Shown: piece by piece, positions 1-10,655 of the stretch
Layout of the letters: each line of letters starts with the position of its first letter
How positions within the stretch are numbered: the first letter of the stretch is position 1
Assembly (NCBI GenBank): GCA_963810095.1
Contig: CAWEMM010000002.1
Location: forward strand, 256,001-320,000
Direction: 5' to 3'
Length of the DNA stretch: 64,000 nt
Source of the DNA: an uncultured Chloroflexia bacterium
GTDB lineage: Bacteria; Chloroflexota; Anaerolineae; CG2-30-64-16
Position numbers and translations under genes: made by a program
Notes under the pieces: generated by a model
Seen by the model: the letters and a program-made list of their open reading frames with translations, nothing else
What the model was told of the DNA's origin: nothing
The model's database searches: none

Positions 1-833
1 AGCAGCATGGTCTCTTCATACAGGTTGTCGACGAGCGCCGTGTCGGGCGCGATCAGGCCGTCTCGCACCGCCTCCAGATAGCCGCGCAGGTTGGTCAGGG
101 GCGTCCGCAGCTCGTGCGCCACGTCTCCGACCATGTTGCGGCGCAGCTGTTCCTGCTGCTCGATGTTGCCCGCCATGCTGTTGAACGCGACGGCCAGCTG
201 GCCCAGCTCATCCTGCGACTCGACGGGCACGCGGGCGGAGAGGTCGCCTTGCGCCATTCTCTCCGCGGCGGTCGTCAGGTGTCCGACCGGCCGCAAGATG
301 CGCCCCGAAACAAACAGCGTAATGACGACGGCCGCCAGCCCGGCGACCAGTGCGCCGAACAAGACCGAGCGATTGACCGCCTCGATGAAGGCCGCGTCGG
401 GATTGGGCGGGCCGCCGAGGGGATCGAGGTAGAGTGCGGCGATCGCCTGTCCCGAGTCCTCGATGACGGCTCGGGGCGGCGGCCACCGCGTGCCCACCAT
501 TTTGCCGACCAGCTTGTTGTCGCTGTCGGCCAGCACCTGGCCCCCGGCATCGGCGAGCACCACACGCTGCCCTGCCAGCTGCGCCAGTTGCGTGATCTGG
601 CCCTGGACGCCGCTCCAGCCGCCGTTTTCGTCGTAGAAGTGTGCCAGGACAGCGCCAATGCGCCGCCCATCGACGGGGCTCCGCCGCTCGACATAGCGCT
701 GGAACTCGCCCTCCGTCCGCCGGGTCGCAACGTATGCGGTCACCCCGACGGCAATCAGCACGACGAGGATGGTCGCCACGAACAGCCGGACTCGCAGGCT
801 ACGCAGTGTGCGCATCGTCCGTCCCGGCGTCAT
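1..833 (-). CDS. Sensor histidine kinase, HAMP + HisKA (BaeS/CssS-like); runs off the window edge
   Basis: Manual translation (not in ORF track): MRTLRSLRVRLFVATILVVLIAVGV (TM1), TM2, HAMP segment GDLSARVPVESQDELGQLAVAFNSM, H-box VAHELRTPLTNLRGYLEA. Start at 833 or 815. Confidence 0.92.
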   Translation of the reverse strand, partial: MTPGRTMRTLRSLRVRLFVATILVVLIAVGVTAYVATRRTEGEFQRYVERRSPVDGRRIGAVLAHFYDENGGWSGVQGQITQLAQLAGQRVVLADAGGQVLADSDNKLVGKMVGTRWPPPRAVIEDSGQAIAALYLDPLGGPPNPDAAFIEAVNRSVLFGALVAGLAAVVITLFVSGRILRPVGHLTTAAERMAQGDLSARVPVESQDELGQLAVAFNSMAGNIEQQEQLRRNMVGDVAHELRTPLTNLRGYLEAVRDGLIAPDTALVDNLYEETML

Positions 834-1536
834 CCGACGGCACTTGACCGGGCCGCGGCGTCTCGAAGCGGTATCCCAACCCCGGCACGGTCGCGATGTA
901 GCGCCAGGAGGAGCCGCTCGGTTCGATCTTTCGCCGCAGGTTCATGATGTGTACGTCGACCGTGCGCTCCACGCCGTCGTAGTCATACCCGAAGGCCCGA
1001 TCGAGGAGCTCGGAGCGCGAAAACGCCCGGCCGGGTTCCCGCACCAGGGCTTCGAGCAGCCTAAACTCGGTCGGAGTCAGGTTCGCCGGCTTGCCGGCGC
1101 TGGTGACCTCGTGCCGTAAGAAGCTGATGACCAGGTCGCCATAACGCAAGTCGTCCCCCGGTGTTTCGTCCGGATAGGCTCTTCGCAGAACAGCACGGAC
1201 GCGCGCCACCAGTTCCCGGGGATTGAAGGGCTTGGTGACATAATCGTCCGCCCCGAGGTCCAGCCCCCGCAGCTTATCCTCGTCCGCAGCCCGTGCCGTC
1301 AGCATGACGATCGGCACGCGCGACTCTGCCCGCAGCAGCTTGCAGACGTCCAGACCGGAAAGCTCGGGCAGCATCAGGTCCAGCACGATCAGGTCGGGCC
1401 GGCGCCGCCGGGCCGCATCGAGTGCTTCCTGGCCATCGTACGCCGGCAGCACGCTGTAACCGTCGCGCTTGAGGTACAGGGCCACCAGGTCCACGATCTT
1501 TTTGTCGTCGTCGACGACAAGAATGCTTCGGTTCAT
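799..1536 (-). CDS. OmpR/PhoB-family response regulator
   Basis: Receiver (LVVDDD, LDLMLP, DYVTKPF) plus winged helix (LTPTEFRLL, RTVDVHIMNLRRKIE, TVPGLGYRF); overlaps the kinase start. Confidence 0.96.
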   Translation of the reverse strand: MNRSILVVDDDKKIVDLVALYLKRDGYSVLPAYDGQEALDAARRRRPDLIVLDLMLPELSGLDVCKLLRAESRVPIVMLTARAADEDKLRGLDLGADDYVTKPFNPRELVARVRAVLRRAYPDETPGDDLRYGDLVISFLRHEVTSAGKPANLTPTEFRLLEALVREPGRAFSRSELLDRAFGYDYDGVERTVDVHIMNLRRKIEPSGSSWRYIATVPGLGYRFETPRPGQVPSDDAGTDDAHTA

Positions 1537-1605
1537 AGCTTTATCTTAGCCTGCCTGTCAAGCCCGCTTCTCGGCGCTCGGGATCTTCCGGGTCGTGATC
1601 TGAAG

Positions 1606-1698
1606 ATGGGCCACTGACTGCACTGATGAAATCGATTCTCTTGAGCCGTCCACGAAGGACGGGGTAGATCAGTTCGATCCATTCAATCGGTGTCCCAT
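1606..1698. repeat. Imperfect palindromic element, family A (ATGGG.CACTGA ... TC.GYGTCCCAT)
   Basis: Related copies at 54810-54899 and 55991-56085; CTGAT/ATCAG-like units at ~9-bp spacing. Confidence 0.7.
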
Positions 1699-1757
1699 TT
1701 TCGTCCGCCGTTCTCTGGCTGGGCAAGGGAAATGTCTCTTTAAACCCCTGCCCGGGT

Positions 1758-3062
1758 TTATTGCACCGCTGTTGGCCGCGCGCCCAGGGTGATCGTCAGG
1801 TTGGCTTGCTTGCCCCCGGGTCGCAGCACGGTCACCGCGATCTTGTCGCCCGGCGACTTGTTGCTCTCCAGGTAGATCAGCAGATCGTCAAACTGCTTCA
1901 CGGGCTGACCGTCGACGGCCGTAATGAGGTCGCCGCCGCCCGGCAGATAGGCCACGCCGCTCTGGTCGACGCCCAGGACGACGTTAGTATCGCCGGCGCT
2001 GGCGCCGCTCAGGCCGGCTCTGTCCGACGGCCCGCCGCTGACCACGTCGATCACATACGCACCCCGTACATTCTTTGGTAGCCCGAGCGCCTCTGCCCAT
2101 GCGGGCGAGTAGGTCTGCCCCCGGATGCCGAGATACGCGTGCGTGTAGCCGCCGTCCTTGATCAGCGACGGCACTACCCGCTGTACGATGTTGACCGGGA
2201 TGGCGAACCCAACGCCCGAGTTGACCCCCGAGCTTGCGGCCGCGATCTGGAAGTTCACGCCAATCACCTGGCCCGCCTCGTTGAGCAGAGGCCCGCCCGA
2301 ATTGCCCGGATTGATCGCCGCGTCCGTCTGGATCACCTGCGGGATGCTGAAGCTACTCGAATTGGTCGGGTCAGAGTTCAGGCTGCGGCCCACCGCGCTG
2401 ATAATGCCCGTGGTCATCGTCCCGACGAGGCCGAAGGGGTTGCCGATGGCGATGGCCCGTGCGCCCACCTTGACGTCACTCATCTGGCCCCGCTCCGCGG
2501 GCACCAGGTCGACCAGCGATGGGTCCACCTGGATGACGGCCAGGTCGCTGCCGGGATCCGTCCCGACTACCTGGGCCGGCACTTCGACGCCGTCTGCAAA
2601 GGTGACGTTGAGTTGGTCAGCACCCTCCACCACGTGGTTATTCGTCACGATGTGGCCCTGCGCATCCCACACCCAGCCCGAGCCCGAGCTTTCGGGCACG
2701 GCTGCGCTCGAACCGAAGCGCGAGCGGGCCACGTTGGTCAGGTTTTCGATGTAGACCACCGAGGCGTTGACCTTGTTGTAGACGGCCTCGTTGATCTGCG
2801 TCTCTACGTCAGCGCCGGGCGCAATTGTGATGCTGGCCGGTTGGCCGGTCCGCATGGTCGTCGCTTGCGCCGTGGGCGCAGTGCCTTGGCGTCCGGAAGT
2901 AGTGGACGCTGCAGCAGATGCTGCAGCGGACGTTGAGGTCGTGCCCTGCCCCGACACGCCGGCAAGGAGTTCCACGGCCGGCGCCAGCGATGCGCAACCC
3001 GACATGATCACTGCCGCAATCATTACGATCAACAGCGAGCCACTTATCGATCTCTTTCCCAT
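1758..3062 (-). CDS. htrA: HtrA/DegP-family serine protease with PDZ domain, lipoprotein
   Basis: Lipobox MSGC; TNNHVV (His), DLAVI (Asp), IQTDAAINPGNSGGPL (Ser); C-terminal PDZ. Confidence 0.95.
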   Translation of the reverse strand: MGKRSISGSLLIVMIAAVIMSGCASLAPAVELLAGVSGQGTTSTSAAASAAASTTSGRQGTAPTAQATTMRTGQPASITIAPGADVETQINEAVYNKVNASVVYIENLTNVARSRFGSSAAVPESSGSGWVWDAQGHIVTNNHVVEGADQLNVTFADGVEVPAQVVGTDPGSDLAVIQVDPSLVDLVPAERGQMSDVKVGARAIAIGNPFGLVGTMTTGIISAVGRSLNSDPTNSSSFSIPQVIQTDAAINPGNSGGPLLNEAGQVIGVNFQIAAASSGVNSGVGFAIPVNIVQRVVPSLIKDGGYTHAYLGIRGQTYSPAWAEALGLPKNVRGAYVIDVVSGGPSDRAGLSGASAGDTNVVLGVDQSGVAYLPGGGDLITAVDGQPVKQFDDLLIYLESNKSPGDKIAVTVLRPGGKQANLTITLGARPTAVQ

Positions 3063-3153
3063 CGTATTCCTTCCTTGACTTTCAATTCGCGTTATGAGCG
3101 ACAGCTTGTGAGCGCACTAGCGCCCGCATCCTCTGATCCGCCGCGCTGTTCCT

Positions 3154-4390
3154 TCACTCGTATCTCAGCGCGTCGATCGGGTTCAACCGGGAGGCCCGGT
3201 TGGCTGGATAGAACCCGAAGAAGATGCCGATCCCCAGCGAGACGCCGAGAGCCAGTATCACGCTGCTCGGCAGTCACGAGGGTCCGCGAGTACCCGATCA
3301 GCGGACCGACGAAGCGCGCGCCGCCCACGCCGAGCGCGACGCCGATCAACCCCCCGGCCACGCTCAGCACGATCGCCTCGGCCAGAAACTGCATGAGGAT
3401 GTCGCCTCGCTTTGCGCCGACCGCCTTGCGAAGGCCGATCTCGCGCGTTCGTTCGGTGACCGACACCAACATGATGTTCATGATGCCGATGCCGCCGACG
3501 AGCAGCGAGATGGCGGCGATGCTGCCCAGCAGCGTCGTAAAGGTCCCCGTCGTCTGCTCCACGGTGCTGAGGATATCGGCCTGGTTCTGCACGGTAAAGT
3601 CGTTGTCGGCCCCGGTCGCCAGGCCATGCAGGCTGCGCAGGATCGCGATGACCTGTGCCTGGGCCAGGTCCATCTCCTCGGCCGACTTCACCTGCAAGTT
3701 GATGGTGCGGACCGTGTTCGTGCCCGCGCCGCCCAGCTTGATCTGAGCGGTCCGCAAGGGCAGGTAGATCACGTTGTCCTGGTTGTTGGGTCCGTTCTGG
3801 CCCTTCGCCTGCAGCGCGCCCACCACCGTGTAGTTCTGGCGGTTGATGCGGATCGTCTCGCCGACCGGATTAATGCTGCTCGACCCGAAGAGGTCCTCGA
3901 CCGCGGTTGGGCCCAACACTGCGACCATTGCCAGGTCGGCGTCATCTTCCGGCGCGATGAACCGCCCGTTCTTCAGCTTCACATTCCGCACCGTCGCATA
4001 GTCGGCCGTGACGCCGCTAATGCTTGGCGAAGCGGTCTTGCCGCTATAGGATACGGTCGTGCTGTTCGCGCCGTATTCGGGAGCGATCAGCTTGACTGCG
4101 GTAGCCAGGCCCCGGATCGCTTCGACGTCCTTGTCCGTCAGCTTGCGCTGGTTCTGCTGCAGCCCTTGCCGCGAGAAGCCGAAGTTCGTCTGCGAGCTGA
4201 CGGTCAGCAGATTGGAGCCGAGCGATTGGAACTGGTCGACCACCTGCGCCTGTGCACCCTGGCCCACCGCCACCAGCGCGATCACCGCGCCGACGCCGAT
4301 CACGACGCCGAGCATGGTCAGGAACGAGCGCATCTTGTGTGCGAAGAGCGAGGTGATGGAGACCCGCATGACCATGAGCAGTTTTCTCAC
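3154..4390 (-). CDS. MacB/FtsX-family ABC transporter permease (frameshift ~3270)
   Basis: [41 protein letters not shown]; the canonical end [24 protein letters not shown] lies in an adjacent frame with stop at 3154. Confidence 0.92.
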
Positions 4391-4391
4391 A

Positions 4392-6101
4392 TCAACCTCC
4401 TAGCGCCCCAGGCCCGGCATACCCATGATCCCGCCGCCGACGCGGAAGTTTCGGTTGTTGCCCGTCCCGGTGCTTGACGACATTTCGACGACGACCTGGT
4501 CGCCCTCGTTGAGGCCGGAAGTGATCTGGGTATAGGTGCCGTCGGAGAGGCCGACCTGGACGGGCACGGCTTGCGGCTCGGCGGTGCGGGTTGAGTTGGT
4601 CGGCGACGAGCACCTGGTACATGCCGTTGGACTTGGTGAGGGCCATGGTGGGCACGAGCAGCGCGTTCTGGGCCTCGCCGGTGGCGATCTTGACGTTGGC
4701 GGTCATGCCGACGAGCAAGGCGCCCGTGAACGGGGCCTTATCCGCGCCTTGCAGGGAGATGGGGACCTCGTAGACGGTGACGCCGCCCTGGAGGGTGCCC
4801 TGCAGGGGCACGTCGCCGACAGACGCCGGTCAGGGTCTGGCCGGGCAGGGCGTCGAAGGTGATCTGGGCCTTCTGGTCCTTCTGGACCGGCGCGGACGGT
4901 GGTCTCGTCGACGGCGGCGAGCACCTCGAGGTTGGCGAGGTTGGCCAGGGTGAGGACGGTTGACGCCGCTGGCGACCAGGTCGCCCTGGTTGAGGTTGAC
5001 CTGGAGCACGGTGCCGTCGAAGGGCGCCTTGAGCTCGGTTGCGGCGAGTGCGGCCTCAGCATCGGCGACGGCGAGCTTCTTCTTGTCGCGGTCGGCCGTG
5101 GCCGCGGCCAGCTTCGTCGCATCCGGACCCTTGTCGAGCTCGGCGCGCCCGTCTTTGGCAACTGCCAGGGACACCTCGGCGTCTTTCACTGCCCGTTCGG
5201 CCTTGGCCTTTTCGAGCACGTCGCCGCCCTTCGCAGCATCTGCCAGGGCTTTCTGGGCCTTCGCCACGCCCTGCTCGGCCCTGCGCACGCCCATTTGTGC
5301 ATTCAGCAGGGCTGAGCTGCGTTTGCGTCTGAGCTGTGATGCGGGACTCCTTCGCATCCATCATCTTGCCATATAGGATCAGCAGGCGGTCTTGCGTCTT
5401 GGCGTCGGAGTACTTTTCAGCCGCCTTCTGGTTGTATTCTGTGGTCTGCCTTACCCTCGGCGTCCTGCAGCTTTTGGAGCGCGGTCGTGTCCTTGGCGTT
5501 TTGCTGCTGGTTCAGCAGATCCGCCTGGGCCTTCACCAGGGAGGTCTTTGCGTCGGCCAGGTTCTGGTTCAGCTGCTCCAGGTCCGGATGGATCAGGTCG
5601 TCGAGGCCGCTCTTGGCCGCTTCGAGCTGGTACTGCGCCTGGCTGATCGCCAGGTCGGCCTGCGCGAACTGCACCTCAGTAGGCGGCGTTTGCAGGTCGG
5701 TCAGCGTCTGTTCTGCCGACTGCAAGTCACTCTTGGCCTGGTCCAGCGCCTGCTGGTACTCCGCGGGATCCACGCTCGCCAGCACGTCTCCGGCCTTGAC
5801 CTTGGCGCCCGTCGTCGTGTTCAGCTTCTGCAGCTTGGTCGATCCCGACAGCTTCTCGAACTTCAGGTTTTCGCTTTGCACGGCCTCCAGGGAGCCCGAC
5901 GACCGTGAGCGCGGCGCTCAGGTCGCCGCGCTGGGCGGTCACGGTCTGGCGCTGGGCCGTGCCGGCGGTCGTGCTGCTGCTGCTCGTCTTCGCCAGACTG
6001 GGCAGCGTGCCGCCGTGCGCCTGCAGGTACAGGAACCCGCCGAGGGCCGACGCTCACGACCAGGAGGATCACCACCAGGATGCAATCACAAGCTGTTTCA
6101 C
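4392..6101 (-). CDS. MacA/HlyD-family periplasmic adaptor, copy 1 (multiple frameshifts)
   Basis: GTG start at 6101 after GGAGG; fragments GAKVKAGDVLASVD, coiled coil, LKAPFDGTV, GMTANVKI are spread over several frames. Confidence 0.85.
4469..5125. repeat. ~650-bp near-identical direct repeat (copy 1; copy 2 at ~6211-6863)
   Basis: Direct comparison: the 3' halves of the two adaptor genes are nearly identical at nucleotide level. Confidence 0.92.
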
Positions 6102-6105
6102 GACG

Positions 6106-7817
6106 TCATCCTCCCTGCCGAATGGTGCTGCGCTGCTGTTGTCCGCCACCCTGCGGTGGGCTGCCGCCCCCGTCGAAGAACATCGCCCCGCCCCGGAAGA
6201 AGTTGTTGTCGGTGCTTGACGACATTTCGACGACGACCTGGTCGCCGTCGTTGAGGCCGGAAGTGATCTGGGTGTAGGTGCCGTCGGAGAGGCCGACCTG
6301 GACGGGCACGGCCTGGGGCTCGGCGGTGGGGTTGAGTTGGTCGGCGACGAGCACCTGGTACATGCCGTTGGACTTGGTGAGGGCCATGGTGGGCACGAGG
6401 AGCGCGTTCTGGGCCTCGCCGGTGGCGATCTTGACGTTGGCGGTCATGCCGACGAGCAAGGCGCCGTGAACGGGGCCTTGTCGACGCCCTTGCAGGGAAA
6501 TGGGGACCTCGTAGACGGTGACGCCGCCCTGGAGGGTGCCCTGGAGGGGCACGTCGCCGACGATGCCGTTGAGGGTCTGGCCGGGCAGGGCGTCGAAGGT
6601 GATCTGGGCCTTCTGGTCCTTCTGGACGGCGCGGACGGTGGTCTCGTCGACGGCGGCGAGCACCTCGAGGTTGGCGAGGTTGGCCAGGGTGAGGACGTTG
6701 ACGCCGCTGGCGACCTGGTCGCCCGGGTTGAGGTTGACCTGGAGCACGGTGCCGTCGAAGGGCGCCTTGAGCTCGGTTGCGGCGAGTGCGGCCTCAGCAT
6801 CGGCGACGGCGAGCTTCTTCTTATCGCGGTCGGCCGTGGCTGCCGCCAGCTTCGTCGCATCCGCACCCTCAGTGAGAGTCGTGCGATCGCTCTGCGCCTT
6901 GACGAGCGAAACTTCGGCGGTCTTGATCGCCAGTTCGGCCTTGGCCTGCGCCAGCGCGTCGCCGCCCTTCTGTGCGTCGGCCAGCGCCTTCTGGGCATCT
7001 GCTAGCGACGTGCGGGCAGCCGCAACCGCGGCGGCTGCGGTCTGCTGGGCCAACCGGCGCTCGGCCTGCGCCGTCGCCAGGTTCGCCTGCGCCTCGCCTA
7101 ACGCGTCCTGTTCGGTTGCAACCGCGTCTGACTGTTCCTTATTCGCCGTGCCCGCAGCCACCAACTGCGCCAATTCGTTCAGCTTCCGCTCGTGCCAGCC
7201 GACGGCATACTGCAAGTCGCGCTCGTTCTTCGCACTCACGCCGTTCTCGGTAAGCGTCTGCTGCAGCAGCGCGACCTGCAGGCCATCCTGCGCGTTCTGA
7301 CCGCGTACTTCAGGTCGGTCAGGTCCGGCGCCTTCAGGTCCGCCAGGTCCTGCTTGGCCTGTTCGACGTCCTGCTGCGCCTTGGTCACCGCCTGGTCGGC
7401 CTGGGCGATGTCAAGCTCGGTCGCGGGCGCCTGCAGGTCGCTCAGCGTGGCTTCGGCCGATTGCAGGTTGCTCTTGGCTTGATCCAGCGCCTGCTGGTAG
7501 GGGCTGGGATCGACGGTCGCAAGCACGTCGCCCGCCTTGACATTGGCACCCGTCGTCGCATTCAGCTTCTGCAGCTTGGTCGACCCCGACAGCTTCTGGA
7601 ATGCCAGGTCTGCGCGCTGCACCGCCTCAAGTTGGCCGACCACCGTCAGGGCCGAGCTCAGGTCACCTCGGGACGCGGCAACGATCTGCCTAAACGTTCC
7701 GCTGGCGCTCGAAGTGCCGGTCTGTGCGGTGACCGTTCGTTGCCGGACCATCCAGACGCCGCCTGCCACCAGTGCAACCAGCGCCAGCACCCCCAGCACC
7801 CGCCAGAATACTTTCAT
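6106..7817 (-). CDS. MacA/HlyD-family periplasmic adaptor, copy 2 (frameshift ~7298)
   Basis: N-terminal TM, GANVKAGDVLATVD, long alpha hairpin, LKAPFDGTV, VPVQVGLSDG; ORFs 7236..7817 and 6106..7239 join. Confidence 0.9.
6211..6863. repeat. ~650-bp near-identical direct repeat (copy 2)
   Basis: Matches 4469-5125. Confidence 0.92.
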
Positions 7818-7863
7818 TCGTCCCCTCCCCTGCTCCGCCTGCCGGCCGGTCCGCGCGGCGACA

Positions 7864-8388
7864 TCATTGCGCCGGCGTTGCCTGCGGATTCACGCCGTTC
7901 GCATCCCGGGGGCCGCCGAAACCGAACCGCCCTTGCGGGGCGACCTGGACGGAGCGGGCGGTCAGCGTACCATCGGCCGCGGCGCTGCCCGATACCATCA
8001 CCGTCTCGCCCTCCGACAGGTCTGCCAGCTTGACCGACTGGTTCTTCTCGATCAGAGTCGTGTCCGTGACCTTAACCTGCGTTTCCTTGCCGTTGTTATC
8101 CGTCAGCACGAGCGAGCCATCGCCAATCTGCTTGATCGTGCCGAGCACGAACCCGCCGCCCTGGCCGTTCCGCTGCCCGCGGACAAATGCGCCCGGCGTG
8201 CCGTTTGCGAGCGGTACCGCGCCCTGAGGCAGGTTGCCGCCCTGGAACCCAGCCGCGCCCGTGCGGAAGGCTGCTTGCACATTCGCCTGTGCCTGCGACT
8301 TCCCGTACACCATGCCGCCGTAAAAGCTGGCGCCCGCGATCGCGAGCACCAAGACGATGACCAGAACTGTGAAGATGCCCTTGTTCAT
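7864..8388 (-). CDS. Membrane-anchored protein with OB-fold-like (DUF5666-like) domain
   Basis: N-terminal TM, Gly-rich linker, [13 protein letters not shown]...VKVTDTTLI...[12 protein letters not shown]...LTARSV. Confidence 0.75.
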   Translation of the reverse strand: MNKGIFTVLVIVLVLAIAGASFYGGMVYGKSQAQANVQAAFRTGAAGFQGGNLPQGAVPLANGTPGAFVRGQRNGQGGGFVLGTIKQIGDGSLVLTDNNGKETQVKVTDTTLIEKNQSVKLADLSEGETVMVSGSAAADGTLTARSVQVAPQGRFGFGGPRDANGVNPQATPAQ

Positions 8389-8403
8389 TCCTGTGTTCCC
8401 CTG

Positions 8404-9156
8404 TTATGCGTGCTGGGCCGCGGGCGCCGCCCAAGCCGAATTGGTCGTAGGCTGCGTTCCGGGCGGATTTACGGAGTCGCCGACGATCTCGCCGTCGTGG
8501 ATCCGTACGATGCGGCGGGTATGGGCCGCGATATCAAGCTCGTGCGTGACAAAGACCACCGTCATGCCTTTTTGCTCGTTGAGATCCTGGAACAGGCGGA
8601 TGACTTCTTCGCCTGCTTTTGAGTCGAGGTTGCCGGTGGGCTCGTCCGCCAGGATTAAGCTGGGCTCATTCACCAGGGCGCGTGCAATGGCGACCCGCTG
8701 CTGCTGGCCCCCCGAAAGCTCGTTGGGCCGGTGATGGATGCGGTCGCCGAGGCCGACGCTCTCCAGCGCTTTCACGCACTTGGCCCGCCCGCCGCCGATG
8801 CCGGCGTAGATCAACGGAAGCTCTACGTTAGCCAGCGCGGAGGTGCGGGGGAGCAGGTTGAAGCTCTGAAACACGAACCCGATTTTCCGGTTGCGGACGT
8901 CGGCCAACTGCCCATCGCTCATGCGGCTCACGTTCTGTCCGTCCAACAGGTACTCACCGCTCGTCGGAGTGTCCAGCGCGCCGAGAATATTCATCAGCGT
9001 CGACTTGCCCGACCCGGACGCGCCCATGATCGCCAGCATTTCCCCGCGCTCGACCCTCAGCGAAACGCCGCGCAGCGCGTGGACTTCCAAGTCGCCCATC
9101 CGGTAGACCTTGGTGACGTCCCGTATCTCGATCAGCGGAGTGTCGGCCACCACCAC
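8404..9156 (-). CDS. ABC transporter ATP-binding protein (MacB/LolD family)
   Basis: Walker [39 protein letters not shown]. Confidence 0.96.
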   Translation of the reverse strand: MVVADTPLIEIRDVTKVYRMGDLEVHALRGVSLRVERGEMLAIMGASGSGKSTLMNILGALDTPTSGEYLLDGQNVSRMSDGQLADVRNRKIGFVFQSFNLLPRTSALANVELPLIYAGIGGGRAKCVKALESVGLGDRIHHRPNELSGGQQQRVAIARALVNEPSLILADEPTGNLDSKAGEEVIRLFQDLNEQKGMTVVFVTHELDIAAHTRRIVRIHDGEIVGDSVNPPGTQPTTNSAWAAPAAQHA

Positions 9157-9188
9157 CTTCCTTTCGTACCGGGCCTCATCGCCTAAGC

Positions 9189-9231
9189 GGGGAGCGAAAG
9201 GGGCCGGCTCTCCGGTCGCCTTTCGTTCCCC
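9189..9231. terminator. Intergenic hairpin (possible terminator or processing site)
   Basis: gggagcgaaagg...cctttcgttccc inverted repeat. Confidence 0.45.
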
Positions 9232-9267
9232 GCATCTATCAGGCGTCGTGCCCTCCGGCTATTCCGA

Positions 9268-9843
9268 TCAGCTAGAGGTTCCCAGGCCCGACGTGCTGGG
9301 CGCCGGCTGCTGCTGAGTCCCGTTGCCGCGCAGCCCCGGGAACATGCCGCCGTGACCGCGCCCTCGGCCGCCAAAGCCGAAGCCGTGGCCGCCCTGGAGA
9401 TACCCCTTATCCAAGCCCTGCAGGAGCCAGTCGGCCTGTTCCTGCGTGATCTTGCCGTCCTTGACGGCCTGGGCGATCTTGTCCTTCATCGCCTGGACCT
9501 TCGAGGCGTTCATGGCGGTCTGAACGTCGCTCAGGGTCTTGCCCTGGGCGGTTGCGATGTCGTTCAGCGTCTTGCCCGAGTGGAGTTGTTCGAACAACTG
9601 CGTCGGGGTCAGATTCAGCGCCTGTGCGACCGCGTCGAAGGTTGCCGTGTCGCCGCCGCGAAAGCCGAAGCCAAATCCAAAGCCGCGGCCCAACTTGCCC
9701 GTGTCCGGTTGACTCGGCGTCGTCGGCGCCGCCTGGCTCGGAGGGGTCCCGGTCTGCGCGAACGCAGCGCCGACCGACACTACCCCGAGGATCGTGACGA
9801 GTGCCAGCACGCCCATCACAAGCGCGAGTTTCCGCTTCGTCAT
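9268..9843 (-). CDS. Secreted helical hypothetical protein, first gene of the leftward operon
   Basis: GGAGG RBS; Sec signal ending AFA; segments LHSGKTLNDIATAQG and AVKDGKITQEQAD; Gly/Phe-rich linkers. Confidence 0.8.
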   Translation of the reverse strand: MTKRKLALVMGVLALVTILGVVSVGAAFAQTGTPPSQAAPTTPSQPDTGKLGRGFGFGFGFRGGDTATFDAVAQALNLTPTQLFEQLHSGKTLNDIATAQGKTLSDVQTAMNASKVQAMKDKIAQAVKDGKITQEQADWLLQGLDKGYLQGGHGFGFGGRGRGHGGMFPGLRGNGTQQQPAPSTSGLGTSS

Positions 9844-9913
9844 CTATTACCCTCCTTTTCTGGTTTACCTATTAGGTGTGCCTGACCGGAGGTATGCCTC
9901 GCCTGTCGCTCCA

Positions 9914-9946
9914 AACTTAACAGAGGCATGTAAAGATTCGATAAAG
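9914..9946 (-). promoter_or_regulatory. Regulator box CTTTATC-N3-TCTTTACA + 9 nt + putative -10 (TAAGTT), leftward promoter
   Basis: The reverse complement of 9929-9946 matches 10050-10067 at 15/18 positions, with the same spacing to a TAnnnT hexamer. Confidence 0.7.
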
Positions 9947-10049
9947 ACGGTGTTTGCTTCCCGTTGAGGATGCATGGTTTGGGTCGGATGAAGACAGAAC
10001 CCGGGTGCAGTTGCCGGCCGTAGCAAGCCTAATTCGAACCTAACATAAC

Positions 10050-10082
10050 CTTTATCACTTCTTTACAGCCGGGCGGTACGAT
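10050..10082 (+). promoter_or_regulatory. Regulator box CTTTATC-N3-TCTTTACA + 9 nt + putative -10 (TACGAT), rightward promoter
   Basis: Mirror of the 9914-9946 site; tandem CTTTA half-sites 11 bp apart, as expected for OmpR-family binding. Confidence 0.7.
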
Positions 10083-10139
10083 CGTCGTGTTGTTGCAAAC
10101 GATTGGCAATAAGTTCGGGCAGGGCCCTGTGGAGTGTGA

Positions 10140-10655
10140 ATGATGGTTGAACCAAGCGATCACGCAGCGAACGTCCAGGCGCGCAATCGCCGCCGCAAAC
10201 GCGCGGCATGGAAGTCGGGCCTGATCCTAACAGGTCTCGGGAGCGTCGTGCTGGGCGCCGGCTACCTCGCGGGGGTGAATGCGCCCGCCGTGGCTCAGTC
10301 CAGCACACCGCAGGCGGTGGCTCGGTCTGCCGGCGCCGCCGCACCGGCGCAGGAGAATCTCTCCGGCCAGCCGGCGCGGCCGCGTTCTGAGACGTCGGAA
10401 AGAGACAGCAACGAACGCGATGAGCTGCAGGCGCCCCAGGCGAGCGACAGCTCACAGCCGGGTCTGTTGGTGGGTTACGACGAAAATGGCAACGCGGTCT
10501 ACCTGACGAATGATGGGCGGCTGGTTATCGGCGGCAGCGCCAGCAGCGGCTCGAGCAGCCAGCCCAGCCAGCAGTTCGGCGGACGGTCGAGCGGCCGCGG
10601 CCTCGCCCAGCAGCCCGGCTTCAGCCGCCCGCTGACGCGCTCGCGGGGGTCGTGA
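10140..10655 (+). CDS. Membrane-tethered low-complexity protein; candidate ApbE substrate
   Basis: Basic N-terminus, one TM, Ser/Gln/Gly-rich linker, C-terminus RPLTRSRGS; stop overlaps the apbE start (GTGA). Confidence 0.7.
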   Translation: MMVEPSDHAANVQARNRRRKRAAWKSGLILTGLGSVVLGAGYLAGVNAPAVAQSSTPQAVARSAGAAAPAQENLSGQPARPRSETSERDSNERDELQAPQASDSSQPGLLVGYDENGNAVYLTNDGRLVIGGSASSGSSSQPSQQFGGRSSGRGLAQQPGFSRPLTRSRGS

